Source: Candidatus Delongbacteria bacterium
Lineage (GTDB): Bacteria > UBA4055
Length of the DNA: 46,990 nucleotides
NCBI GenBank assembly: GCA_016937995.1
Contig: JAFGVM010000034.1
Coordinates: 1-46,990, forward strand
Reading direction: 5' to 3'
Each line of letters opens with the position of its first letter. Position 1 is the first letter of the stretch. The position numbers and the translations under genes were made by a program. The notes beneath the pieces were generated by a model. That model saw nothing but the letters and a program-made list of their open reading frames with translations, made no database searches and was not told the DNA's origin. This document shows, one piece after another, positions 1 through 9,061 of the stretch.

Positions 1-44
1 ACTTTCTTTAAAACTCCGATCTTTATTGATCGTGAATACTCCAT
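1..44 (-). CDS. Probable IS3-family transposase OrfA, N-terminal fragment (MEYSRSIKIGVLKKV...)
   Basis: Translated by hand; matches the MxYSxxxKxxVLKK pattern of IS3 OrfA HTH starts; strong SD 5 nt upstream; runs off window. Confidence 0.6.
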   Translation of the reverse strand, partial: MEYSRSIKIGVLKK

Positions 45-80
45 TTGTCCCTCCAACTTGAGGCGACATCTTTATTGGCA
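1..80 (-). mobile_element. Probable IS3-family insertion sequence, left end (truncated by window edge)
   Basis: Minus strand reads TGCCAATAAAGATGTCGCCTC (TG-initiated, resembling IS3-family terminal IRs), then SD GGAGGG and an ATG at 44 opening a transposase-like N-terminus. Exact IR start could be 80 or 82. Confidence 0.6.
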
Positions 81-88
81 CATAGTGG

Positions 89-823
89 TCACCTGTTGTC
101 ATAATTTGAAATATCTCGGTTATCCCTGATCCTGTCAAGCAGCTCTGACACAGTAAAAGCATCCTCAATTCTAAAATCACCCGATCTGATCCTTCTCAAT
201 TCCTGCAGATGTGCAAAACAACCGAGCTTCTCACCAATATCATTCGCGAGTGACCTGATATAGGTCCCTTTTGAACAATCAACTTCCATCTCAACAGTAT
301 CACCATTAACAGAATAGATCACAATAGAATTTATCGTTATCTGCCTTGTCTTTCTTTCAACTTCGATACCTTCCCTTGCAGACTTATAAAGCCTCTTACC
401 ATTAACTTTAACAGCAGAGAACATAGGAGGCAGCTGTTCCTGATGACCGATAAAAGAATTTATCGCATCAATAACAGTATTTACATCCGGGATATTTTCT
501 GAAGTATTTGTAACAGAACCTGTTCTGTCAAATGAGTCAGTGCTTGATCCAAGTTTAACGATACAATGATAGACTTTATTCTGAGAAGAATAATTATCAG
601 CTGTCTTGGTAGCTTTTCCAAAGAGAATAACAAGCAATCCCGTAGCAAAAGGATCCAGAGTCCCTGCATGACCGACTTTTTTAACTTTAGTAAAATACCT
701 TAATTTCTTAACAACATCAAAACTTGACCATTCATCTTCTTTATCTATCAGAATAATGAACCCTTCCCTTGAAGAAAGATCACTAAGATCTGAATCTATA
801 TTTAAAACAGGATATTCTTTCAT
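89..823 (-). CDS. truB: tRNA pseudouridine(55) synthase
   Basis: KVGHAGTLDPFATGLL, PPMFSAVKVNGKRLY, CSKGTYIRSLA motifs; position after rbfA-DHH. Confidence 0.97.
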   Translation of the reverse strand: MKEYPVLNIDSDLSDLSSREGFIILIDKEDEWSSFDVVKKLRYFTKVKKVGHAGTLDPFATGLLVILFGKATKTADNYSSQNKVYHCIVKLGSSTDSFDRTGSVTNTSENIPDVNTVIDAINSFIGHQEQLPPMFSAVKVNGKRLYKSAREGIEVERKTRQITINSIVIYSVNGDTVEMEVDCSKGTYIRSLANDIGEKLGCFAHLQELRRIRSGDFRIEDAFTVSELLDRIRDNRDISNYDNR

Positions 824-844
824 TTACTTTTCTTTAATTTATTT

Positions 845-920
845 TTTTGTCATCCTCGTGCTCCGATACCGGGATTCACTTCTTTTATGGATTATCGGAT
901 CAAGTCCGATAATGACAAAA
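845..920. repeat. 76-bp palindromic REP/RPE-like element (GTCAT...ATGAC type)
   Basis: Terminal IR TTTTGTCAT (845-853)/ATGACAAAA (912-920); perfect internal hairpin ATTATCGGA-TCAAG-TCCGATAAT (891-913); degenerate left hairpin; GC-richer than surroundings. Confidence 0.7.
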
Positions 921-963
921 CACAATTGAACAGATTCAATATTTTGAAACTTTTGTGTTTTCC

Positions 964-987
964 GGGCACAAGATATTGTACCCCTAC
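964..987 (-). repeat. GTAG-type REP hairpin overlapping the nrnA stop codon
   Basis: Minus strand GTAG-GGGTACAA-TATC-TTGTGCCC: GTAG tetranucleotide plus 8-bp stem with one G-T pair. Confidence 0.65.
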
Positions 988-1961
988 AACTTATCCATTA
1001 CCACTTTTCTCAACTTATCCAGTACATCTGCATTAAAATCTTCAAATGTACCTTTATAACGCATCCCTGCAGCATTCTTATGTCCACCTCCACCCCACTT
1101 AGCTGCAAAATCAGAAACATTAAATTCAGACTTGGATCTTAAACTGATCTTTAACTTATTCTCATCAGCTCTTCGAACAAATAATGTAACTTCAGCCTCT
1201 TCAATAGAATTAAGTATCATCAAAACAGGCTCATTTTCGATCAAAGGATTATTCTGCTGATCATTATATGCAACAGCTATTCTCTCTTCCCCGTAAAGTT
1301 TGATCTCAGAAGCTATCTTATTTACTTTCATACTTTCTTCGTAACTTATAGAAGAAAACAACCTTTCGGTAATATCAGGAAGAACAGAACCTAAGCTCAT
1401 CAGCTCTTTAACATCTGAGATCACTTCAATATTTGTATTTTGAAACTTCAATCCGCCGGTATCAGATAAAATGCCCGTTAAAATAGCATCAGATATATCT
1501 TTTGTGATATTGTAATTACAACCCTTAAATATTTCAAGGACCAGCTGTGATGCTGAAGAAACATAACCGTCAACTAAGTTTATCGTACCGAAATTCGTAT
1601 TAGTAAAATGATGATCAATATTAACAACAGTCACATCCTTTGAGAATAATTCAGACACTTTCCCTATTCTGTCAAATGTAGCAGTATCCAGTACGATGAC
1701 ATTTTCAAATTCCGTCTTTTCTGTAATATCTGAGTACTGAATATAACTCTCTGATTTATCTCTAAACAGAAAATCGTACTTATCTATTATCTTATCCTCA
1801 TTAACTATCAATGATTTTTTTCCTAAATCGGTCAACATTAAATGGAATGCAATGCATGAACCTATATTGTCACCATCAGGAGCAAAATGCGAAGTTATTA
1901 AAAAATCATCATTCTCAGATATAAAAGTACCGATCTGCTTAATTAATTTATCCCTGTTCAT
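984..1961 (-). CDS. nrnA: DHH/DHHA1 bifunctional oligoribonuclease/pAp phosphatase
   Basis: SHFAPDGD, DHH, SDTGGLKF, ISLRSK, GGGGHKNAAG motifs; typical rbfA-DHH-truB context. Confidence 0.9.
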   Translation of the reverse strand: MNRDKLIKQIGTFISENDDFLITSHFAPDGDNIGSCIAFHLMLTDLGKKSLIVNEDKIIDKYDFLFRDKSESYIQYSDITEKTEFENVIVLDTATFDRIGKVSELFSKDVTVVNIDHHFTNTNFGTINLVDGYVSSASQLVLEIFKGCNYNITKDISDAILTGILSDTGGLKFQNTNIEVISDVKELMSLGSVLPDITERLFSSISYEESMKVNKIASEIKLYGEERIAVAYNDQQNNPLIENEPVLMILNSIEEAEVTLFVRRADENKLKISLRSKSEFNVSDFAAKWGGGGHKNAAGMRYKGTFEDFNADVLDKLRKVVMDKL

Positions 1962-1987
1962 AAATAGATCCTTATTAAAAAAAGCGA

Positions 1988-2365
1988 CTACTCGTCGCTT
2001 TCATTTTTATCTTTATCATTCTTGATGGTATTCAACAGTTCTTCGATCCTGAAAACACTATCTAAAGTATCATCATAAAAAAATCTCAGGGTAGGTGTTG
2101 TTCTCAAGCTCATATATTTACTGATATTCATCCTGATGGTCTTATTATTCCTTCTGAACAATTTCTCCAGTTCCTCAATATCTTCTTTACTTTTTTTCAA
2201 AGATGAAAAGTATACTGTAGCCACAGAAAGGTCAGGACTAATTTTAACCTTTGAAATTGAGGCATAATTCAACTCAGGAATATTCAGATCATTGAAAATT
2301 ATCTTTGAAATTGTCTTTTGAAGTTCTGAAGTAATTCTGCCTACTCTTTTTGATGAACTGCTCAT
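1988..2365 (-). CDS. rbfA: Ribosome-binding factor A
   Basis: VKISPDLSVATVY and LRTTPTLRFFYD motifs; TAATG overlap with infB stop. Confidence 0.95.
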   Translation of the reverse strand: MSSSSKRVGRITSELQKTISKIIFNDLNIPELNYASISKVKISPDLSVATVYFSSLKKSKEDIEELEKLFRRNNKTIRMNISKYMSLRTTPTLRFFYDDTLDSVFRIEELLNTIKNDKDKNESDE

Positions 2366-5019
2366 TAATCAAGTTTCCTTTGAGTTTCTTTAAGTTCAAA
2401 TACCTCGATAATATCACCTATCTTGAAGTCACTGAATTTTTCAATACCTATACCGCACTCAAAACCAGCCAGAACCTCTTTAGCATCGTCTTTCATTCTT
2501 CTCAATGAAGACAATTTGCCCTGATATATCTCAACGTTATCTCTGATCAATTTAAGCTGGGCATTTCTAATAACTTTTCCATTCGTTACATAACTGCCGG
2601 CGATCGTACCCATTTTCGGAACTTTGAATAATTCACGAACTTCAGCTGTTCCCAATAATTCTTCTGTTATCAGAGGTTTCAACATTCCCTCTAGAGCATT
2701 TTTCATATCTTCTATCAGATTATAAATAATGCTGTATAATCTGATCTCGATTTTCTTAACTGATGCAAGTTCCTTAGCCTTGACATTCGGTCTTACATGA
2801 AATCCTAGGATAATAGCATTTGAAGCTTCCGCCAGAAGAACATCACCTTCAGTGATAGCACCGACCCCTTTTGAAAGAATATTAATAGCTACCTCATTAT
2901 TGGATAATTTCATTACAGAGTCACTTATAGCCTCAAGTGATCCGTCAACATCACCTTTCAATATAACATTAAGGGAATTAACATCACCTAGCTTGATCTG
3001 CTTAGATATCTGGTCAAGAGTTACCACCTCTACTTTGTATTGTGCATGAGCTCTATTGATCTGCTGACGTTTATTTGCAATACTTCTTGCTTCCTGCTCT
3101 GAATCAACAACAATAAATGCATCACCGGAATTAGGAGTACCTGAAAATCCGAGAACAACCACTGGATGTGCCGGACCGGCTTCTTCCACTTTTTCTTTTC
3201 TTTCATTGAGCATAGCCCGTACCTTACCGGAGTATTGTCCACAAACAAAGATGTCACCAACTTTTAATACACCTCTCTGAACCAATATTGTTGATACCGG
3301 ACCTAAACCCTTGTCTAACTTAGATTCAATAACAGTACCTTTAGCTGAAGAGATAAAGTCCGCTTTTAATTCGATCATCTCAGCTTCAAGTAAAATTGCT
3401 GCAAGCAGGTCTTCAACACCGTCACCTGTTTTAGCAGATATCTCAACTGACTGATACTTACCGCCCCAGTCTTCAACTAAAATATTTCTTTGAGACAACT
3501 GTGTCTTTATCTTTTCAGGATCAGCATTAGGTTTATCTATCTTATTTATTGCAAAAACTATCGGGACCTGTGCAAGTAAAGCATGGTCTATAGCTTCATT
3601 GGTCTGCGCGTTGACCTTATCGTCAGCTGCTATTATAATGATCGCAATATCAGTTATTTTTGCACCCCTGGACCTCATAGCTGTAAAAGCTTCATGACCC
3701 GGAGTATCCAAGAAAGTTATATTCTTACCTTTATATGATACTACATATGCACCAATATGCTGAGTGATACCACCGGATTCCCCAGCAGCAACTTTAGTCT
3801 CACGTAAGTAATCTATCAAAGAAGTTTTACCGTGATCCACATGACCCATAACCGTTACTACAGGATGTCTGTCAGTAAGATTCTCCGTAATAACTTCCTG
3901 ATCATTCAGGAATTCTTCTTCGTATTCACTCTCAAATTCAACTTCAAATTCATACTCTGCAGCTATCAGCTCGATTACTTCCTTATCAAGTCTCTGATTT
4001 ATAGTTACCATCATTCCCATAGTGAAACATTTTGAAATAATATCAGAAACATCCACTTCAAGCTTATTTGCCAGTTCAGATGTGGAAATAAATTCAGATA
4101 CTGTCAATACATTGACTTCTACCTCTATCTCCATTCCGTTCTCTTGGGTCTTTCTTTTCTTCTTTTTCTTAAAAGACTTCCCACTTTCAGATTTCATTTT
4201 GCTTAATGTATCTTTGATCGAATCTTTTACTTCCTCTTTATCAACTTTTCCTTTTTTCTTTTTTCTTTTGAACTTGGTTGCTGCAAATTCAGTCTCCTGA
4301 ACAAAGTTTTTCTTGTATTTTTTCCTCTTTAATGATTCTTTTCTCTCTTTCAGCTCTTTTTCTTTCTGCTCCTGAGTCTGAACAGTAGACTTTTGCTTAG
4401 AAGATTTTTTATCTTTCTTTGAGGATTTTTTATCGTCAATTTCAATTTCAATTTTTTCATCGGTTTTAACTACTTTACTTTCACCTGATCTCTTTTGAGG
4501 TTTAGGTTCTTCAATTTTCTCTTTTGACTGAGAAAATGATTTAGGATCTGATCTTTTAACCTTCCTTTTTGAATTATCATCTTTCTTTTCTTCTTCTTCA
4601 GTTTTCTTCAGAACGGGTTCTTTTTCAACTACTTCTTTTTTAACCTCTTCTTCAACTACCTCTTCTTTCTTGATCCTTCTCTTGGATTTTCTTGCTTTTC
4701 TACTAGACTCAATATCCTCATCACTCATTGATAAAATATCATCTAATTCTGAAATCCTAGAAACAACATCAGTTTCTCCTGATTGAACAATATTTATTTT
4801 AGGATCATCATCGTCAGCAGATTTTCTATTGTATTCATTGTACTTGGTTATACTGAATTTTTTTAGAACAGAAACGTATTCGTCTTCCTTGATCTTAGTC
4901 AAAATACCTTTACTGATATCCAAGCCTAATTCTTTACTTAAAAAATCAAGTATCTTATTGGAAGTAAGATTTAATTCTTTAGCTATTTTTATTACCTGTC
5001 TTTTTTTGCCTTCTTTCAT
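2365..5019 (-). CDS. infB: Translation initiation factor IF-2
   Basis: GHVDHGKTSL, GGITQHIGAY, DTPGHEAF, NKIDK; long Lys/Glu-rich N-terminal region. Confidence 0.99.
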   Translation of the reverse strand: MKEGKKRQVIKIAKELNLTSNKILDFLSKELGLDISKGILTKIKEDEYVSVLKKFSITKYNEYNRKSADDDDPKINIVQSGETDVVSRISELDDILSMSDEDIESSRKARKSKRRIKKEEVVEEEVKKEVVEKEPVLKKTEEEEKKDDNSKRKVKRSDPKSFSQSKEKIEEPKPQKRSGESKVVKTDEKIEIEIDDKKSSKKDKKSSKQKSTVQTQEQKEKELKERKESLKRKKYKKNFVQETEFAATKFKRKKKKGKVDKEEVKDSIKDTLSKMKSESGKSFKKKKKRKTQENGMEIEVEVNVLTVSEFISTSELANKLEVDVSDIISKCFTMGMMVTINQRLDKEVIELIAAEYEFEVEFESEYEEEFLNDQEVITENLTDRHPVVTVMGHVDHGKTSLIDYLRETKVAAGESGGITQHIGAYVVSYKGKNITFLDTPGHEAFTAMRSRGAKITDIAIIIIAADDKVNAQTNEAIDHALLAQVPIVFAINKIDKPNADPEKIKTQLSQRNILVEDWGGKYQSVEISAKTGDGVEDLLAAILLEAEMIELKADFISSAKGTVIESKLDKGLGPVSTILVQRGVLKVGDIFVCGQYSGKVRAMLNERKEKVEEAGPAHPVVVLGFSGTPNSGDAFIVVDSEQEARSIANKRQQINRAHAQYKVEVVTLDQISKQIKLGDVNSLNVILKGDVDGSLEAISDSVMKLSNNEVAINILSKGVGAITEGDVLLAEASNAIILGFHVRPNVKAKELASVKKIEIRLYSIIYNLIEDMKNALEGMLKPLITEELLGTAEVRELFKVPKMGTIAGSYVTNGKVIRNAQLKLIRDNVEIYQGKLSSLRRMKDDAKEVLAGFECGIGIEKFSDFKIGDIIEVFELKETQRKLD

Positions 5020-5024
5020 CTAAT

Positions 5025-5339
5025 CTATATCTCCAAAGATTTTAAATGTTTTTTTATCTCTTTATCAAACTCAGATGTTTTTACACCTATGATTTTCACA
5101 CTGCTTTTACTGATAAGATTACCCGGTTCAGCCATGATATTTATTTTAGTATCAGGAAAAGTTTTAATTATTTTTTTTATTGAGTTCTCACTTGTTCCTT
5201 CATCAATTATTATTAAACCCATTTTTTTTGCACTGGAAGCTAACAAAGAATTGTAACCTATAACTGCATTTTTACTTCTTATAGCAAAATGCAGCAGGGA
5301 AGATATTTTTTTCAAGGTCACTTCTTTGCTATTAATCAC
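5025..5339 (-). CDS. L7Ae/YlxQ-family RNA-binding protein (divergent)
   Basis: LLHFAIRSKNAVIG...LIIIDEGTSENSIKKI...VKIIGV pattern; about 100 aa; between nusA and infB; GTG start overlapping nusA end. Confidence 0.7.
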   Translation of the reverse strand: MINSKEVTLKKISSLLHFAIRSKNAVIGYNSLLASSAKKMGLIIIDEGTSENSIKKIIKTFPDTKINIMAEPGNLISKSSVKIIGVKTSEFDKEIKKHLKSLEI

Positions 5340-6585
5340 TATAGTAGCTATCCAATGTTGATTTTATGAAATTATATATTTCCTCATCGATCCCTTCAAT
5401 TTCCATTACTTCAGATTTATCTTTTTCGTAGAAATTATCTGCTGTCAATATATCGTGCTGGATCAAACTTGTTCTAAGTTCCTGATTTAACTCTGATACT
5501 TCCTGGATCTTCAATTCATTTGCTTCATTAAATTTACTTTCTGTAGATATATTCAATTTGTAACCTGATATTTCTTCACTCAATTCAACATTAGTGTTCC
5601 TTATACCCATAACGTCTTTTTCAATTGCATCAGGAATTATAATATCAGCTGTTTTTTCTTCTTCGTTTATATCAATAGAATATTCAGTTTTTATACCTAA
5701 CAACCTTGTTATGAACATACGGGGTTCGTCAATCTGTTGAATAATATCGATCTTTTCCTTGTTCAATTCAGAGACAATAGCGGTTATTCTGGCACCACGC
5801 TGACCTACACAAGCACCAACCGGATCGACTCTATTATCCAAAGTTTCCAATATAACCTTTGATCTGATGCCGGGCTGTCTTGCTATCTTAACGATCTGAA
5901 TTATACCATCGCTTATCTCCGGAACTTCCAATTCAAACAGTTTCTTAATAAATTCTTTATCAGATCTTGTGACAATTATCTTCACATCCTGATTCTTAAA
6001 AAATACATCTTTAATTACCGCCTTAACCAGCTCTCCTCTTCTATATCTTTCGTTAAAGATAGATTCTGATTTCGGCATAATTACTTCAACATCATCATAG
6101 TTTATTTTAATTTCTCTTGGTGTTATCTGATGAACTGAACCCATTATAACTTCTCCGATCCTTTGTTCGAAGGCTTCAAAAATATTTGCCTTCTCAACCT
6201 TTTTGATCTTTTGAGCCAGGATCTGTTTAGCAGCTATGATATGTCTTCTTCCAAAAGTATCGAAGTTTATGATCTCAGGAACATCATCTCCTATTTCAGC
6301 ATCTTCATCGATTTTCAGCGCATCTGAAAGTTTCAGCTGACTTACAGGGTCATTAAAATCTTCATCGGCAACAACCACTCTTTCGTGTATTATTTCCACA
6401 TCTCCAGAATCAATATTGAAAGTTACACTAAAATATTCTTCCGCTGATGTTTCCTCATCAATATTGAATTTTTTCTTCAATATGCTTAAAAATATAGATT
6501 TTACAATTTCGCTTAATTTAGATTTATCTATTTTTTTCTCTCTGAGTATGCCTTTCACGGCTAATACAACTTCACTTGCGTCCAT
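5332..6585 (-). CDS. nusA: Transcription termination/antitermination factor NusA
   Basis: FGRRHIIAAKQ, LFELEVPEI, ARQPGIRSKV, DPVGACVGQRGARI. Confidence 0.97.
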   Translation of the reverse strand: MDASEVVLAVKGILREKKIDKSKLSEIVKSIFLSILKKKFNIDEETSAEEYFSVTFNIDSGDVEIIHERVVVADEDFNDPVSQLKLSDALKIDEDAEIGDDVPEIINFDTFGRRHIIAAKQILAQKIKKVEKANIFEAFEQRIGEVIMGSVHQITPREIKINYDDVEVIMPKSESIFNERYRRGELVKAVIKDVFFKNQDVKIIVTRSDKEFIKKLFELEVPEISDGIIQIVKIARQPGIRSKVILETLDNRVDPVGACVGQRGARITAIVSELNKEKIDIIQQIDEPRMFITRLLGIKTEYSIDINEEEKTADIIIPDAIEKDVMGIRNTNVELSEEISGYKLNISTESKFNEANELKIQEVSELNQELRTSLIQHDILTADNFYEKDKSEVMEIEGIDEEIYNFIKSTLDSYYSD

Positions 6586-6598
6586 GGAAACTGACCCC

Positions 6599-7066
6599 CT
6601 ATTTTCGTTTTCCGATTTTTATTATTAATTTTGATTTAATTATTTTATCAAGATCTATTTTTTTCTCTTTATCACTGCCTGTCTCTATCATAATATGGTT
6701 CTCTAGGACTTCTTTCACAATGCCTGTTTCTTTAACCACAGATCCATTTTCATCTTCATAACTGACCGTAATATCTCTGCCAATATTCCTTTTAAAGTCT
6801 GACGAAGTTGCCAGAGGTCTATCCAAACCGGGAGAACTGACATCCAGTGAAAAATCAAATGGAATGATAAGCTGAGCATCATTCAGTTTATGAAATTCTT
6901 TTGTAATAGCTGTCAGCTCGGTAATACCCGGTCCCTTTAAAGAACCTACTACAACATTCAGTTTCTTGTCTCTGGACTTTTCATCAAAAGATAATTCAAC
7001 CAGTTCCTGTCCATATTTAATGATGATCGGTTCAATTGCTTCTTTTATTTTTGCTATTAACGTCAT
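6599..7066 (-). CDS. rimP: Ribosome maturation factor RimP
   Basis: LDVSSPGLDRPL motif; first gene of nusA-infB operon. Confidence 0.95.
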   Translation of the reverse strand: MTLIAKIKEAIEPIIIKYGQELVELSFDEKSRDKKLNVVVGSLKGPGITELTAITKEFHKLNDAQLIIPFDFSLDVSSPGLDRPLATSSDFKRNIGRDITVSYEDENGSVVKETGIVKEVLENHIMIETGSDKEKKIDLDKIIKSKLIIKIGKRK

Positions 7067-7095
7067 TTCCCTTCACAATAATTTAATTATTTAAC

Positions 7096-7120
7096 AAAAA
7101 AGTGGGATATTTCCCACTTT
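7096..7120 (-). terminator. rimP leader intrinsic terminator/attenuator
   Basis: Minus strand AAAGTGGGA-AATA-TCCCACTTT-TTT, lying between the promoter and rimP ATG. Confidence 0.8.
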
Positions 7121-7148
7121 CTCAAAGCCTCAACTATATTACAAGTCG

Positions 7149-7177
7149 AATATAACACAAAATGTTAAATTATGCAA
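7149..7177 (-). promoter_or_regulatory. Sigma70-type promoter of rimP-nusA-infB operon
   Basis: TTGCAT-17 bp-TATATT with extended -10 TG. Confidence 0.7.
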
Positions 7178-7180
7178 GAG

Positions 7181-9061
7181 CTATTTGTTAATAAAAAAGG
7201 TTTCTGCTGATTTGGCTATTCCTTCCGGATTTAAATTTAAAAGCTCAAATAATTCTTCCATACTGCCGTGTTCAACAAATTCATCCTCAATACCGATCAT
7301 TTTTAATTTTGCATCAAAAATATTCTCTCTATTTAGAACTTCCAGTATCGCACTTCCGAATCCTCCTATCACAGTGTTCTCTTCAACTGTAATAATACAG
7401 TCATGGTCCTTATAAGCTTCTTTTACCATATCAACATCTACAGGTTTTATGAATTTCATATCGTACACAGAACAACTAATATTGTTTTTCTCCAGGATCT
7501 TTGATGCTTCCATAACGCTATTTGTTATGTTTCCTATAGAAAGAAATGCAATATTCGAACCGGTTTTCAACTTTTCACCTTTACCGATATCAATGATCCT
7601 CGGCTCCACATCAATACTTTCACCCACGCTTGTTCCTCTCGGATATCTGACAGCAAAAATTCCGTCACTTACAACTGATGTGTAAAGCATGTCAAGCATT
7701 TCTCTTTCATTTCTCGGAGACATCATGATCAGTCCAGGAATATATCTTAGATATGACATATCAAAAACTCCATGATGTGTCGGTCCGTCTTCCCCGACTA
7801 ATCCTGCTCTGTCCATAGCAAAGACCACGTTTAATTTCTGTAACGCACAGTCATGTATGATCTGATCTATAGATCTTTGGAGAAATGTAGAATAAATTGC
7901 AACTACCGGTTTAAAACCCTCCATGGATAAGGCAGCGGCAAATGTTACAGCGTGTTCTTCAGCGATCCCGACATCAAACAACCTTTCGGGATATTTATCA
8001 CCGAATTCTGAAAGACCTGTTCCTACTTTCATAGCTGCTGTAATTGCTACGATTTTCTCATTTTGCTCTGCAAGTCTGCATAGAACCTTACCAAAAACAT
8101 CCTGATACTTTAATTTAGCAACTTTATTTTCTGAACTACCATTATTCAATATTCCCGGTGCCACACCGTGGTAAGTTCCTTTTTCGTCCTGTTCAGCCGG
8201 TTTAAAACCTTTTCCCTTTTCAGTGATCACATGAAGAAATACAGGTCCGAACACATCATTTTTGATATTTTCAAGCACTTTTATTAACGCATTAAGATCA
8301 TGTCCGTTGATCGGACCGATGTAATTGAAACCTAATTTTTCAAACAATACTCCGGGAGTTAAAAGAGTTTTAACACTTTTTTCAATTCTTGAAAGGCCTT
8401 TTCTTATAGGTCTTCCAAGTTTATACTTTCCTGTAAAGTTCCATATTTCATTTTTTAATTTATTGAAAGTGGGATCAGAAAGTAATGATGCTAAATATTT
8501 TGAAAGAGCACCAACGTTTTTTGATATCGACATCTCGTTATCATTCAAAATAACAAGAAATTTCTTCTGGGATGCACCTGCATTATTTAAACCTTCAAAT
8601 GCCATCCCGCCGGTAATTGAACCATCTCCTATAACCGAGATCACGTGGTTCTTATTTCCCTTTAAAAAAGATGCTTCTACGAAACCGTAACCTGCAGAAA
8701 TTGATGTTGATGCATGTCCAACACCGAAAGAATCAAATTCTGATTCAGAAGGTTTTATAAATCCGCTTATCCCCTTAAACTGTCTGTTTGTATGAAAAAC
8801 ATCTCTTCTTCCAGTAAATATTTTATGTGCGTAAGCCTGATGGCCAACATCCCATACTATTTTATCATCCGGAGCATTAAATACTTTGTGCAGAGCAATG
8901 GTCAGTTCTACAACTCCTAAACTTGGGGCCAGATGACCTCCAGTGATATCAACATTCTTAATTATAAATTCTCTAGTCTCTTCAGCCAGCTTTATTAAAT
9001 CATTATTATCTAATTTTTTAATATCCAATGGTGAATTGATGTTTTTTAATATTTCCATCAA
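7181..9061 (-). CDS. dxs: 1-deoxy-D-xylulose-5-phosphate synthase
   Basis: GGHLAPSLGVVELT, WDVGHQAY, GDGSITGG..EGLNN, DVGIAEEHAV, DRAGLVGEDGPTHHG. Confidence 0.98.
   Translation of the reverse strand: MMEILKNINSPLDIKKLDNNDLIKLAEETREFIIKNVDITGGHLAPSLGVVELTIALHKVFNAPDDKIVWDVGHQAYAHKIFTGRRDVFHTNRQFKGISGFIKPSESEFDSFGVGHASTSISAGYGFVEASFLKGNKNHVISVIGDGSITGGMAFEGLNNAGASQKKFLVILNDNEMSISKNVGALSKYLASLLSDPTFNKLKNEIWNFTGKYKLGRPIRKGLSRIEKSVKTLLTPGVLFEKLGFNYIGPINGHDLNALIKVLENIKNDVFGPVFLHVITEKGKGFKPAEQDEKGTYHGVAPGILNNGSSENKVAKLKYQDVFGKVLCRLAEQNEKIVAITAAMKVGTGLSEFGDKYPERLFDVGIAEEHAVTFAAALSMEGFKPVVAIYSTFLQRSIDQIIHDCALQKLNVVFAMDRAGLVGEDGPTHHGVFDMSYLRYIPGLIMMSPRNEREMLDMLYTSVVSDGIFAVRYPRGTSVGESIDVEPRIIDIGKGEKLKTGSNIAFLSIGNITNSVMEASKILEKNNISCSVYDMKFIKPVDVDMVKEAYKDHDCIITVEENTVIGGFGSAILEVLNRENIFDAKLKMIGIEDEFVEHGSMEELFELLNLNPEGIAKSAETFFINK

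Noticed and set aside
1-136. ribF start or an alternative open frame overlapping the truB end
   Set aside because: No GxFDGxHxGH motif; the SD-led frame from 44 with IS3-like sequence explains the region better.
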